Shown here: piece by piece, positions 1-8,964 of the stretch
Layout: every line of letters begins with the position of its first letter
How positions within the stretch are numbered: position 1 is the stretch's first letter
Source: Candidatus Saccharimonadota bacterium
Lineage (GTDB): Bacteria > Patescibacteriota > Saccharimonadia > Saccharimonadales > Saccharimonadaceae
Assembly: GCA_039920285.1 (NCBI GenBank)
Contig: JBDSDX010000001.1
Span: forward strand, 660,001-692,000
DNA: 32,000 nucleotides
Direction of reading: 5' to 3'
Position numbers and translations under genes: made by a program
Notes under the pieces: generated by a model
The model's database searches: none
Seen by the model: only the letters and a program-made list of their open reading frames with translations
Told to the model about the DNA's origin: nothing

Positions 1-397
1 TTGGCGTACTAGCGCTTCCGCCGACTCCACTGGCACCACCACCGCCTGAGGCAGGGTATTGACCGCTATACTGTCCTGCAGTACCACCACTATTTCCTTG
101 GCTTGGAATCCCAGTTGCAAGATATGCAGTAGACGACGCGCCGCGCCCACTTCCGCCGCCGCTTCCGCCGTTCGATCCATTTGCCCAATTTCCCGCACCA
201 CCACCTACAGCCGTGAGACCAAAGACGGTTGTATCGACACCGTTCGTTTGCGCAGCTCCGCCAGCGCCAATCGTGACACTATAGAGACCGACTGAAGTAA
301 TTGCAGGTGTTGACGTCAAAACGCCACCAGCACCGCCTCCACCTGAAGCCCCCGCAATGCCACCGCCGCCACCACCGCCGACAAGCAATACATCTAC
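1..397 (-). repeat. Glycine-rich module 3, truncated by the window edge (VDVLLVGGGGGGGIAGASGGGGAGGV ...)
   Basis: Same opening landmarks as modules 1 and 2. It continues beyond position 1. Confidence 0.6.
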
Positions 398-3300
398 TGA
401 AGGATAAAGCACACCAATAATGAAGGTGCCGCTCGAATAGAAGGTGTGGACGGTTTGGCCACCCACTGTCGTGATTGTTCCACCTGTTGCGGTCATACTT
501 CCGATCGGATAGGAGATAACGACAATACCAGACCCGCCATTACCACCTTTATTAGTGAGGTTATAGTGTGCGCCACCACCGCCACCGCCACCAGTGTTCG
601 CCCCAGCATTTCCACCAGGCGTATTGGCCTGTGCAACCGTCGCGCCACCACCGCCAGGAGAACCAGCGTTCAAGCCTGCACCACCTGTTGTTACCCCGAT
701 CGCGCCACCGCCACCGCCACCATTTCCACCGTTTCCACCAATACCTGTGTAGCCAGATCCGCCACCACCACCGCCCCAGTAATAATTAGGTCCGAGAATA
801 TTGTTTGCGACACCAATGCCACCTGTGCCAGGGTTAATTGTGCCTGCACCTCCTGCGCCGCCACCGCCACCAGGGTAATAACAACCTCCCGCAGCGCCAC
901 CCTTAAATCCTTGTCCAAAGACTCCGACAGCTGAATACACTTGGTTACATCCAGCCGTTCCACCGCCTGAAGCACCTGAGAAAGGAGCATTTCCTAATGA
1001 GCCGTCCGTTGAGTAGTCTGAGCCACCACCGCCGCCACCAAAAGCGGTGATAGAACCGAATGTCGAATTTCCTCCACTCTTACCCGATAACTGAGCTGCG
1101 CCCGCAAGCGCTCCAGGACCACCCACTCCAACCACAACGTTAACAGATCCCCGTGCTGTGTATGTCCCGTTATATATGACGCCGCCACCGCCACCGCCAC
1201 CGCCCATCTCACCGCCGCCACCGCCACCGCCACCAACTACCAAAGCAGAAACGGTTCCCGTAGCGAGTGCGTCAGGTGTCGGAACGAAGGACGCATCGTA
1301 CGAATAATAATCTTTGCTTGGCAACCAGACATTGTTCGTCGACCAGTTATAGTCGGTCTGACTGAGCACTAAATTATCTGAGGCACGCCACGCCGTGAAG
1401 TAGAAGTAAGGACTTCCTCCGGCTGCTCTCTGTTTCACAGCAAAACTATGGTCACCTGGTTGCAACGTGACCGAATATCGAGTCACAAAGGCCGAAGTTC
1501 CCGTACCAATCTTATTTCCGTCAAGAAATATTTCACAATCAAATGTACAAGCAAAGCCTATATTTACCGGCGTTGCGACTGATACTGATACCTTACGATT
1601 ATCCCTAAAGTAGGCATACCCCGTACCCGCTGCAGCGGGCGTCGTGATGCCCTTGGCGGCTAAGTTTTCAGCCCAAGCAAGGTGAGTCCATAGTCGTGCT
1701 GGTTGCCACGAGCTAGGATCGGCGTAGTAGTCTGGAGAGCTAAAATGTTCACTATCTCCTGTACTCACACGCCAGTCAGAATCAGTCACAATCAAGGGAA
1801 TACTACTATCTGACTTCTTTATTGCAGCAATAAAACGAGACGCACGAGGTTCAAATGTCTGATTCGTCAGTTCTACCACGATCGTATTACAGCCAGGGAG
1901 AAGGCCAACGGAACCAGAGCCTTGGGAGCCATCTGAATTAAATAATTTTGTCCCATTAATAAATACATCAGCTGAATCTAAATTCGACGGTGTATACGCA
2001 GTGACATTATAGGTTCCTGCTGTTGTAACACTGAAATCACGCCTAAAGTACATGACGCCTGCGTTCACAGATGCATCGGCCAAGCTAATTGATTGAGCTG
2101 ACGGCGCGACTGACAGTGTATCTTGTGCAGAGGTTCTAACAGCACTACTCCAACCCTGTGCATCACTTGTTTGACCAGTACAAAGATCGGGAATGACTGC
2201 TGATTGCGAACTTGGCTGACTAATTGTTTTCCAGACTGAGCCATTCGAACTACGCAGGATTTGAACAAACCCATTGTAGGGGATTGAGACAGCTTTACCT
2301 TGGCTTAGTACCGGCAGTCCTATACTAAAGGAGCTTCTCACATTTCCATTAACGCTCACTGAACATCGTAGGTCGATTGGACATCCTGTTGAGGTAGAAT
2401 TGATTTTAAAGTTGCCACTGCTTGTAAACTTACGAACCGTATAGATACCATTCGTCGTTGACGTACCTCCAGAGCTAGGGTCGACGACAATACCGCTGTC
2501 AGTCGGATAGGACACAATGACCACACCCTTACCGCCAGCACCGCCACTTCCGCCAGCGTAACTCCACCCAGCACCACCGCCGCCACCTGTATTTGGCGTT
2601 CCTGCAATGCCATTAATCGCACCGTTCCCGCCGCCGCCGTTTCCACCTGTGCCACCGTTCCCACCGCCGCCACCGCCACCGTAGTAAACCAATCCACCTG
2701 TAATAGTATTTACAATACCAGAGCCGCCATCACCACCTTTATTGGTTGCTACACTTGCCAAACCGACACCACCGGCACCACCGCCGCCTGATCCAGCAGC
2801 ATAGGCTGCTAGTGGGCCACCGCTGTTACCTTGGCCAGCCGTACCTGCACCTGGAGCACTCGATGAATAATAATTTTGACCGCCGCCGCCTGATCCACCT
2901 GGAAGGCCTGGACCTGCAGCAGAACCGGTTGAATAACCGCCGCCGCCGCCGCCAATCGCAGTGAGACCATTAAAGGTCGAGTTCGCACCACTAATTCCAG
3001 AGGTTGTTTGTCCAACAGCCGCACCTCCATTTCCTACAACGACAGGATAAGTACCCGCAGTAATCGTCATTGAATCATTCGAGACAACACCACCAGCACC
3101 TCCGCCACCACCGGTAGAGCCACCACCTGAACCACCACCAGCAACGACTAATACCTTAATACCCGCACCAGCAAGTTGATTGCCACTACAATCTGTGTTC
3201 GGCTGAAGCGGTTTTGCATTAGTCCACTGCGGGACGTTTCCATTTGCTGCGAGACACGCTTTTGCATAGGCAACGCCCGCTTCACCAGCCACTTGTGCGA

Positions 3301-3448
3301 GTTGGGCATAGTACTGATTCTTTAAGGCTGTTCGGATCGCAGTTGTGGCTGAAACCGCAACAACCAACACACTAATAAGGACAATTGAAGCAATCAACAC
3401 TGTTGGCAGTGCGAAACCCTTGCGAAAGACTGATTGCCTGTACTGCAT
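1..3448 (-). CDS. Giant glycine-rich repeat surface protein, 3'-partial (at least 1149 codons), with minor-pseudopilin-like N-terminal anchor
   Basis: Absent from the supplied ORF track because it has no stop inside the window. By hand translation, the minus-strand frame whose codons end at coordinates = 1 mod 3 is open from ATG (3446-3448) to position 1. An in-frame TAA lies just upstream at 3458-3460. The N-terminus MQYRQSVFRKGFALPTVLIASIVLISVLVVAV has basic residues, then G-F-A-L, then a hydrophobic helix, like PilX/GspK-type minor pilins (no Glu at +5). Three Gly-rich modules and a non-Gly spacer follow. All track ORFs within 59-3030 are other frames of this gene. Confidence 0.75.
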   Translation of the reverse strand, partial: MQYRQSVFRKGFALPTVLIASIVLISVLVVAVSATTAIRTALKNQYYAQLAQVAGEAGVAYAKACLAANGNVPQWTNAKPLQPNTDCSGNQLAGAGIKVLVVAGGGSGGGSTGGGGGAGGVVSNDSMTITAGTYPVVVGNGGAAVGQTTSGISGANSTFNGLTAIGGGGGGYSTGSAAGPGLPGGSGGGGQNYYSSSAPGAGTAGQGNSGGPLAAYAAGSGGGGAGGVGLASVATNKGGDGGSGIVNTITGGLVYYGGGGGGGNGGTGGNGGGGNGAINGIAGTPNTGGGGGAGWSYAGGSGGAGGKGVVIVSYPTDSGIVVDPSSGGTSTTNGIYTVRKFTSSGNFKINSTSTGCPIDLRCSVSVNGNVRSSFSIGLPVLSQGKAVSIPYNGFVQILRSSNGSVWKTISQPSSQSAVIPDLCTGQTSDAQGWSSAVRTSAQDTLSVAPSAQSISLADASVNAGVMYFRRDFSVTTAGTYNVTAYTPSNLDSADVFINGTKLFNSDGSQGSGSVGLLPGCNTIVVELTNQTFEPRASRFIAAIKKSDSSIPLIVTDSDWRVSTGDSEHFSSPDYYADPSSWQPARLWTHLAWAENLAAKGITTPAAAGTGYAYFRDNRKVSVSVATPVNIGFACTFDCEIFLDGNKIGTGTSAFVTRYSVTLQPGDHSFAVKQRAAGGSPYFYFTAWRASDNLVLSQTDYNWSTNNVWLPSKDYYSYDASFVPTPDALATGTVSALVVGGGGGGGGEMGGGGGGGGVIYNGTYTARGSVNVVVGVGGPGALAGAAQLSGKSGGNSTFGSITAFGGGGGGSDYSTDGSLGNAPFSGASGGGTAGCNQVYSAVGVFGQGFKGGAAGGCYYPGGGGGAGGAGTINPGTGGIGVANNILGPNYYWGGGGGGSGYTGIGGNGGNGGGGGGAIGVTTGGAGLNAGSPGGGGATVAQANTPGGNAGANTGGGGGGGAHYNLTNKGGNGGSGIVVISYPIGSMTATGGTITTVGGQTVHTFYSSGTFIIGVLYPSVDVLLVGGGGGGGIAGASGGGGAGGVLTSTPAITSVGLYSVTIGAGGAAQTNGVDTTVFGLTAVGGGAGNWANGSNGGSGGGSGRGASSTAYLATGIPSQGNSGGTAGQYSGQYPASGGGGASGVGGSASTP
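506..1252 (-). repeat. Glycine-rich module 2 (VSALVVGGGGGGGG ... NKGGNGGSGIVVISYP)
   Basis: Same landmark order as module 1, read by hand. Confidence 0.7.
2504..3160 (-). repeat. Glycine-rich module 1 of the giant ORF (IKVLVVAGGGSGGG ... GGAGGKGVVIVSYP)
   Basis: Hand translation. Shared landmarks with modules 2 and 3: LVVGGGGGGG start, Y-x-V-x-VG-xGG, GxNSTF, A-x-GGGGG, NTGGGGG, and the ending GG(S/K)G(I/V)V(I/V)(I/V)SYP. Confidence 0.7.
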
Positions 3449-3570
3449 TATAATAAGTTAACCCTACTCAAATTCTTGTCATTATTGTACCATAAGCGAA
3501 TTGAGTAAACATATTTACGAGCAACAATATTTACTGTATAATGTATAGTGAAAGACGAGAGGGAATTATT

Positions 3571-3849
3571 ATGACAACGGCAACTCCACAAATCACCATT
3601 TACCGCACAAGTTGGTGTGCATTCTGTCATACCGAGATGCAATGGCTTGATCGTTTAGGTATTCCATATATTGCGAAAGATATCGAAGCTGATCCAGCTG
3701 CTAACGAAGAGTTGATGGCGAAAATCAATAATGACTTCCGCGGTGTTCCTGTGACTGATATCGCTGGTGATATCGTTCTCGGATTTGACCGACCAAAGAT
3801 TCAAGATGCCATTAAGGCACACGGCATTCAACCCATAACGACTAAATAA
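3571..3849 (+). CDS. Glutaredoxin/NrdH-like thiol-disulfide oxidoreductase
   Basis: Track ORF 3541-3849. Contains TIYRTSWCAFCH (CxxC), a GVPV cis-Pro motif and a thioredoxin-fold length. I prefer the ATG at 3571, which is preceded by GAGAGGGA (Shine-Dalgarno-like), over the ATG at 3541. Confidence 0.8.
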   Translation: MTTATPQITIYRTSWCAFCHTEMQWLDRLGIPYIAKDIEADPAANEELMAKINNDFRGVPVTDIAGDIVLGFDRPKIQDAIKAHGIQPITTK

Positions 3850-5154
3850 TTACGCTTTTTTAGATCGAGTTCGTCGCTTCTTGACGGGAACTCGGCGACT
3901 GAGGACGTCGGTATAGACGTCCTCTAATTTTTTGGACTGAGCAAATTCAGTGTACTTCGAAGCAAGTTTCTTGCTGTTTTCGCCGTACGTTTTACGGAGT
4001 TTATCGTCATTCAGGAGTGTAATGATGGCATCAGTCAGGCTAGCGATAGTATCCTTTGCGACGATACCGTTTTCACCGTCGATGACTACCTGCGTCACCC
4101 CAGGGTCAGTAATCACAAACGGAAGACTCGCGTGTGCGGCTTCGTGTAAAACAAGACCTTGCGTATCAGTCAGAGAAGGGAAGGCAAAAATATCACCACT
4201 CGCGTAGGCTACACCAAGTTGTTGACGGGGGATGCGTCCCGTAAAAGTGATCCGATCGCCGACGCGTGACTTGCGAGCTTTGAGCTCAAGCGTTTCTTTA
4301 TATTCGAAGTCTCCCACGAACAGAAGACGAGCCTTTGGACGAGTCTTCAACACACGCTTAATTGTTGGGATGAGTATATCAAGATTTTTTTCAGCTGCCA
4401 GACGGCCAACATACAGCACTACTTCATCGTCTTCGGCGATACCATACGTTTGTTTGAATGCTTTTATTTGAGTGGTTGTAGGTTTCGGTAACGCATCAAC
4501 ACCAGTAGGGATCATTTTGACGTCATAGTCATATCCATTGCTCCAACTTTCAAGCTGCTTCTTGCTCTTCGTACTAAGGGCAATGACTGCATCCGCACGG
4601 CTAAAGATCATTGCTAAGAGGCTCTCAACAATGTCGCGTCCCCATTTAGACATTGCGCGACGAGGGCGATAAATTTTCAAAAGTTCTCTCACGTCTTTTC
4701 CTTTAAAACGGAAGGTTGCGGGGAATGAAAGGGCAAGAATCAACAAGCCAGGTACAACGCCCGGGTAGTGTTGAATATACTGAGCGACATCCGTACTGTG
4801 CTGCACAACAAGAGGTACTTTCATTTTTTCTGAAGCGTACACTCCCATGAGGCCCACTTGTCCGGGTGTCATAATTTGAATAATGTCGAGATTTAATTTC
4901 TTAATCTTATGCAGTTCGCGAGGAGGAAAAACGAGAGTTAGTCCATAGTCTTCGAAGAAAGCATCAGGAATACTCGGGAAACGAATAACATGATCTTCAC
5001 GATCTTTCTTCTTCACAGGGCGGACGCTTTCGCCAGCACAAAAAATAAAGACCTCGTGACCCATCGCCTCGAGGTCTTTTTTCATTATTTGAATAACAAA
5101 AGTGATGCCCGTGACGGCTGGAAGGTAACTATCAGTAAATAAGCCAATGCGCAT
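3850..5154 (-). CDS. GT4 glycosyltransferase, alpha-monoglucosyl-diacylglycerol-synthase-like
   Basis: The N-terminus MRIGLFTDSYLPAVTGITFVI closely resembles the Firmicute/Mollicute 1,2-diacylglycerol 3-glucosyltransferase family as I remember it. The C-terminal GT1-type domain has EAAHASLP. There is a basic C-terminal tail. Its stop abuts the convergent glutaredoxin stop (3847-3852, TAATTA). Confidence 0.8.
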   Translation of the reverse strand: MRIGLFTDSYLPAVTGITFVIQIMKKDLEAMGHEVFIFCAGESVRPVKKKDREDHVIRFPSIPDAFFEDYGLTLVFPPRELHKIKKLNLDIIQIMTPGQVGLMGVYASEKMKVPLVVQHSTDVAQYIQHYPGVVPGLLILALSFPATFRFKGKDVRELLKIYRPRRAMSKWGRDIVESLLAMIFSRADAVIALSTKSKKQLESWSNGYDYDVKMIPTGVDALPKPTTTQIKAFKQTYGIAEDDEVVLYVGRLAAEKNLDILIPTIKRVLKTRPKARLLFVGDFEYKETLELKARKSRVGDRITFTGRIPRQQLGVAYASGDIFAFPSLTDTQGLVLHEAAHASLPFVITDPGVTQVVIDGENGIVAKDTIASLTDAIITLLNDDKLRKTYGENSKKLASKYTEFAQSKKLEDVYTDVLSRRVPVKKRRTRSKKA

Positions 5155-5189
5155 ATGTTAGATATATTATAGCAGACGATTCTCGCGTG

Positions 5190-6395
5190 CTAGTTCGACT
5201 TTGCTTTCTTTAAAGCTAATTCATAGAAGGCGACGTACTGGTCAAGAGTGTTCTGTTGTGAATGCTGATCAACAACAAGTTTCCGCGAGTATGCGCCGAA
5301 TTTCTTGCGAAGACCTGCGTCGTTATATAATGCTTCGATCGCTTTCGCACACGCAGTTGTGTCGTCGAGCTTCAACAAGAAACCATTCTTACCATCGTGA
5401 CACAGTTCGCGCAGGGCAGCGATGTCGACTGCAATTATTGGCAACCCGCAGGCTTCAGCTTCAAGTGTCACAATACTTTGCAGTTCAGCAGGCGAGGTAA
5501 TACCGAAGAATTCTGCGGTCTGGAACAATGCGCGTTTTTCTTCTTCAGTCACACGACCGAGGAAGTGAATTCGTTTTTCAACGCCCAGCTCTTCAGCTAA
5601 CTCTTTGAGTTCGTTCGAACGGTTACCCGTACCTGCGATGACAAAATCGAGTTCAGGTGTACTGTGAGCTGCAAGAGCAAAACTTCGAATCAGCATATCT
5701 ATGCGTTTCTCAGCATTGACGCGTCCGAGGTATATAAAGTAGCGTTCCGAAAGATGAAATCGTTCTAACTCTTTTTTTGAATCAGACATTACTTTAGCAG
5801 GATGAAAGAAGTCGGTATCAACGCCGTTACTGATAGCAAATAATGGCTGTTTTAATCCATTATCCTTTAAAAGATCAGCCGCCGTTTGGGTCGGTGTCGA
5901 AACAGCCAAGAATTTATCATGAAATTTCACCAGTGATTTCCAGAAGTGCGCATTGACGCGTTTCGACTCCATAACAGTCTTTGGGAGGCTCATAAGGAAG
6001 TTCTCAGGCATGATGTGATTGGTCGCAACGACAGGAATATGTCGCTTTTTTGCTTCCTTTAGCAGCGACTGTGCAGCCACACCGATCGTATGAACGTGAA
6101 TAATGTCAGGTTTGAATTCATCCAATGCTTTACGAACTTGCGAACCTGCGTAATAACTAATTTTGTAGTCTTTATTGAGCGGCAGACGAACTGATGCAGT
6201 GCGGTAAATATGTGACCCGCCATCTTTCTCTTCGTACGCACGCCACGATTTACCGGGTACAACAAGACGAACTTCATGACCCGCTGCGATCAGTTGATGG
6301 ACCAATCGACGCTCAAAAATAGCACCGCCATCATTGTTTGGCCAGTAACTTTCGCTCGACATAAGTATTTTCATAAACTCTTTCAAGTGTACCAT
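5190..6395 (-). CDS. GT4 glycosyltransferase (second member of a glycolipid-synthase-type pair)
   Basis: GT4 layout: N-terminal SSESYWPNNDGG and a C-terminal E-x7-E-like region (TLEAEACGLPIIA). The likely true start is ATG at 6374 (MKILMSSE), preceded by GAAAGAG. Confidence 0.8.
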   Translation of the reverse strand: MVHLKEFMKILMSSESYWPNNDGGAIFERRLVHQLIAAGHEVRLVVPGKSWRAYEEKDGGSHIYRTASVRLPLNKDYKISYYAGSQVRKALDEFKPDIIHVHTIGVAAQSLLKEAKKRHIPVVATNHIMPENFLMSLPKTVMESKRVNAHFWKSLVKFHDKFLAVSTPTQTAADLLKDNGLKQPLFAISNGVDTDFFHPAKVMSDSKKELERFHLSERYFIYLGRVNAEKRIDMLIRSFALAAHSTPELDFVIAGTGNRSNELKELAEELGVEKRIHFLGRVTEEEKRALFQTAEFFGITSPAELQSIVTLEAEACGLPIIAVDIAALRELCHDGKNGFLLKLDDTTACAKAIEALYNDAGLRKKFGAYSRKLVVDQHSQQNTLDQYVAFYELALKKAKSN

Positions 6396-6451
6396 CGGCT
6401 GTTTTCTTTACAAATTCATACCGCTTCCATATCTGTTACAATAGGGTCATC

Positions 6452-6925
6452 ATGGCACAAAAAAAGAAAACAGCCAGTAAACCTCGCGCGATCGTCAACC
6501 GCCGTGCGTCTTTTGACTATGCCCTCGATGACGAACTCGTCACTGGAGTTGTGTTAACAGGGAGAGAAGCCCGTGCCGCCCGTGATGGGCGAGTGCAACT
6601 AAAGGGATCATTCGTCACCGTCCGAAACGACGAATTGTGGCTCAATAACTCCAGTTTTAGTCTCACCTTAAATAGTAAAACCGATGGGTCTACCTCTGTT
6701 GATACCAGTCCACGAAAACTTCTTGCGAGTCGCAAGCAAATCGATGACCTCTACGCTCGAAAACAATCAGGTATGACCATCGTGCCTTTGAAACTTTTGA
6801 CTCAAGGAAACTACATCAAACTCGTTATTGCGCTGGGTAAAGGTAAGAAAAATTACGACAAACGCCAGTCAATCAAGAAGCGCGACCAAGAACGTGACAG
6901 CAAGCAACTCACAAAACACCTATAA
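6452..6925 (+). CDS. smpB: SsrA-binding protein SmpB
   Basis: 157 aa. Contains NRRASFDY, PRKLLASRKQI, LGKGKKNYDKRQSIKKRD and a basic C-terminal tail typical of SmpB. Confidence 0.9.
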   Translation: MAQKKKTASKPRAIVNRRASFDYALDDELVTGVVLTGREARAARDGRVQLKGSFVTVRNDELWLNNSSFSLTLNSKTDGSTSVDTSPRKLLASRKQIDDLYARKQSGMTIVPLKLLTQGNYIKLVIALGKGKKNYDKRQSIKKRDQERDSKQLTKHL

Positions 6926-6956
6926 GAGCTTGCGCACGAAGTGATAATATAGATTC

Positions 6957-7757
6957 ATGAAACTTTACTCGTGGAACGTCAACGGAATCAGGGCAGTCAT
7001 CAATAAAGGTACTTTTCAAACTTTTATGGCCGACCACCAACCTGATGTTTTGTGTCTCCAAGAAACGAAAGCTAAAGAAGGCCAAGCCGAACTTGATTTG
7101 AAAGGTTACCACGAAGCCTGGAATGACGCCGACAAAGCTGGCTACAGTGGTACGACTATCTTTAGTAAAGTAAAACCTCTCAAAGTTGTAAAAGGCTTCT
7201 CAGACGACATCGTGAAGAAGTATGACTTAGCGATCGATACGTACGGCGACCCCAACAAAGAAGGACGCGTTATTTCGGCTGAATTTGAGAAATTCTGGGT
7301 CGTCACCGTCTACACCCCCAACTCAAAAGGTGATCTGAGTCGTCTCGAACTACGTCATAAAAAATGGGACCCTGCATTTCTCGAACACATCAAAAACCTC
7401 GAGAAACTAAAACCGGTTGTCTTCAGTGGTGATCTAAACGTTGCTCATAATGATATCGATCTCGCCAACCCTAAAGCTAATGTCGGCAAACACGGGTTTA
7501 CTGATGAAGAGCGTGAAGGCTTTGATAATTTTGAAAAAGCAGGACTGATCGACACTTTCCGAACCATGCATCCCGACGAGACCGAAGCCTACTCTTGGTG
7601 GACTCATTGGGCAAATGCACGTGCCCGCAACGTTGGGTGGCGCATCGATTATTGGATTGCCAGTGAATCACTCAAAGATGCTATTACCTCAGCGAAGATT
7701 CATCCTGATGTGCTTGGATCTGACCACTGCCCCGTGAGTATCGAACTCGAGCTGTAA
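6957..7757 (+). CDS. xth: Exodeoxyribonuclease III / AP endonuclease
   Basis: Carries the ExoIII/APE1 family signatures SWNVNGIR, LCLQETK, SGDLNVAH and GSDHCPV. Confidence 0.9.
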   Translation: MKLYSWNVNGIRAVINKGTFQTFMADHQPDVLCLQETKAKEGQAELDLKGYHEAWNDADKAGYSGTTIFSKVKPLKVVKGFSDDIVKKYDLAIDTYGDPNKEGRVISAEFEKFWVVTVYTPNSKGDLSRLELRHKKWDPAFLEHIKNLEKLKPVVFSGDLNVAHNDIDLANPKANVGKHGFTDEEREGFDNFEKAGLIDTFRTMHPDETEAYSWWTHWANARARNVGWRIDYWIASESLKDAITSAKIHPDVLGSDHCPVSIELEL

Positions 7758-8236
7758 TGAACCAAAAAACACTGTCTCTTTTATTTTTACGTAAAGATGA
7801 TCAGATATTACTCGCAATGAAAAAACGAGGATTTGGCGAAGGTCGCTGGAACGGTGTTGGTGGAAAAGTTGAAGCAAACGAAACAATAGAGATGGCGATG
7901 ATCCGGGAATCTCAAGAAGAAATTGGCGTCACGCCACATTCTTACGAAAAAATTGCTGAAATTCATTTTGACGAATTCTTTAAGAACGAGCCAATTATCA
8001 TGAACGTCCATGTGTTTATCTGTACTACTTGGACTGGTGAACCGATTGAAAGTGATGAAATGAAACCACAATGGTTCGCTCTTAAGGACATCCCATATGC
8101 CTTCATGTGGGCCGACGATCCACTCTGGCTCCCGAAAGTTTTAGAAGGCAAAAAAATCAACGCTGACTTCAAACTTGACCCCTTAGATGCTATACTTTCA
8201 CACAGTATTAAAGAGGTGGAGGAGTTCAGCGAATAA
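7757..8236 (+). CDS. Nudix hydrolase, MutT/MTH1-like (8-oxo-dGTP diphosphatase type)
   Basis: Nudix box GGKVEANETIEMAMIRESQEEIGV. The start overlaps the xth stop (TAATG). Confidence 0.8.
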   Translation: MNQKTLSLLFLRKDDQILLAMKKRGFGEGRWNGVGGKVEANETIEMAMIRESQEEIGVTPHSYEKIAEIHFDEFFKNEPIIMNVHVFICTTWTGEPIESDEMKPQWFALKDIPYAFMWADDPLWLPKVLEGKKINADFKLDPLDAILSHSIKEVEEFSE

Positions 8237-8964
8237 TGATACTTAACCCCGAGACACTGACACGATTCAACAACGCTGCTAATGGTCAGCCCCTTTACGC
8301 TCCTAACGAGGCGACTAACGCCATTATTGAACCGAAAACAATCGTAGAGTTCGTTGCCCCAGCCGCAGAAGGTAAATCAGCACTCATAAGAGAAGTTGAC
8401 CTTCTTCATTCTGAATTTTCCGTGGTTACTGGTTTTACGACACGCCCCGAAGAAGCACGTGATACTGGTGGTCGATACACATATTTCAACACCGATGAAG
8501 AATTAAATACCCTCCTAGGACGCATCGAAAAGGGAAGTGTTGTTCAGTACGTCCAACATCCTACTACTGGACAATTCTACGGTTCTTTCCCTGAAGATTA
8601 TCACACCAAATTTAATATGCTCGACGTCCTTTCAAACACAGTGAACGATCTCGATCGTCTCGCATTTAAAAGCATCTTCAAGATCGCCGTCGTGTCCCAT
8701 GGAGAAGAGTGGATTAACCGTTTCTTAGAACGCTATCCAGATGGAAGCGAAGAACGTACCAAGCGAGTCACAGAAGCCATACAAAGCCTTGAGTGGGTAC
8801 AGAATCAGCCAAAAAACTCCCTTTCTTGGCTCCATAACCGTGATGGCTATATCCGTGGCGCTGCACACATAGCGATTAGCATTGTAAAAACCGACCGAGC
8901 AACTCCAGATCTCACACACCTTGCTGCCGAGATGTACGATGAAGCCATGAAAGTCGCCGTCTAA
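8236..8964 (+). CDS. Guanylate-kinase-like protein with atypical P-loop
   Basis: APAAEGKSALI replaces the usual GPSGxGKS/T. TGFTTRPEEARDTGGRYTYF and QFYGS align to guanylate-kinase landmarks from memory. There is an extra C-terminal region. The start overlaps the previous stop (TAATG). Confidence 0.45.
   Translation: MILNPETLTRFNNAANGQPLYAPNEATNAIIEPKTIVEFVAPAAEGKSALIREVDLLHSEFSVVTGFTTRPEEARDTGGRYTYFNTDEELNTLLGRIEKGSVVQYVQHPTTGQFYGSFPEDYHTKFNMLDVLSNTVNDLDRLAFKSIFKIAVVSHGEEWINRFLERYPDGSEERTKRVTEAIQSLEWVQNQPKNSLSWLHNRDGYIRGAAHIAISIVKTDRATPDLTHLAAEMYDEAMKVAV

Noticed and set aside
59-3030. Track ORFs at 59-295, 446-934, 568-789, 691-990, 994-1236, 2065-2274, 2356-2697, 2746-2964 and 2809-3030 (Ala/Val/His/Arg/Thr-rich peptides)
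   Set aside because: They are alternative frames or the antisense of the long Gly-rich ORF (3448 to 1). GGN/GCC-rich DNA stays open in several frames. None has independent start signals.
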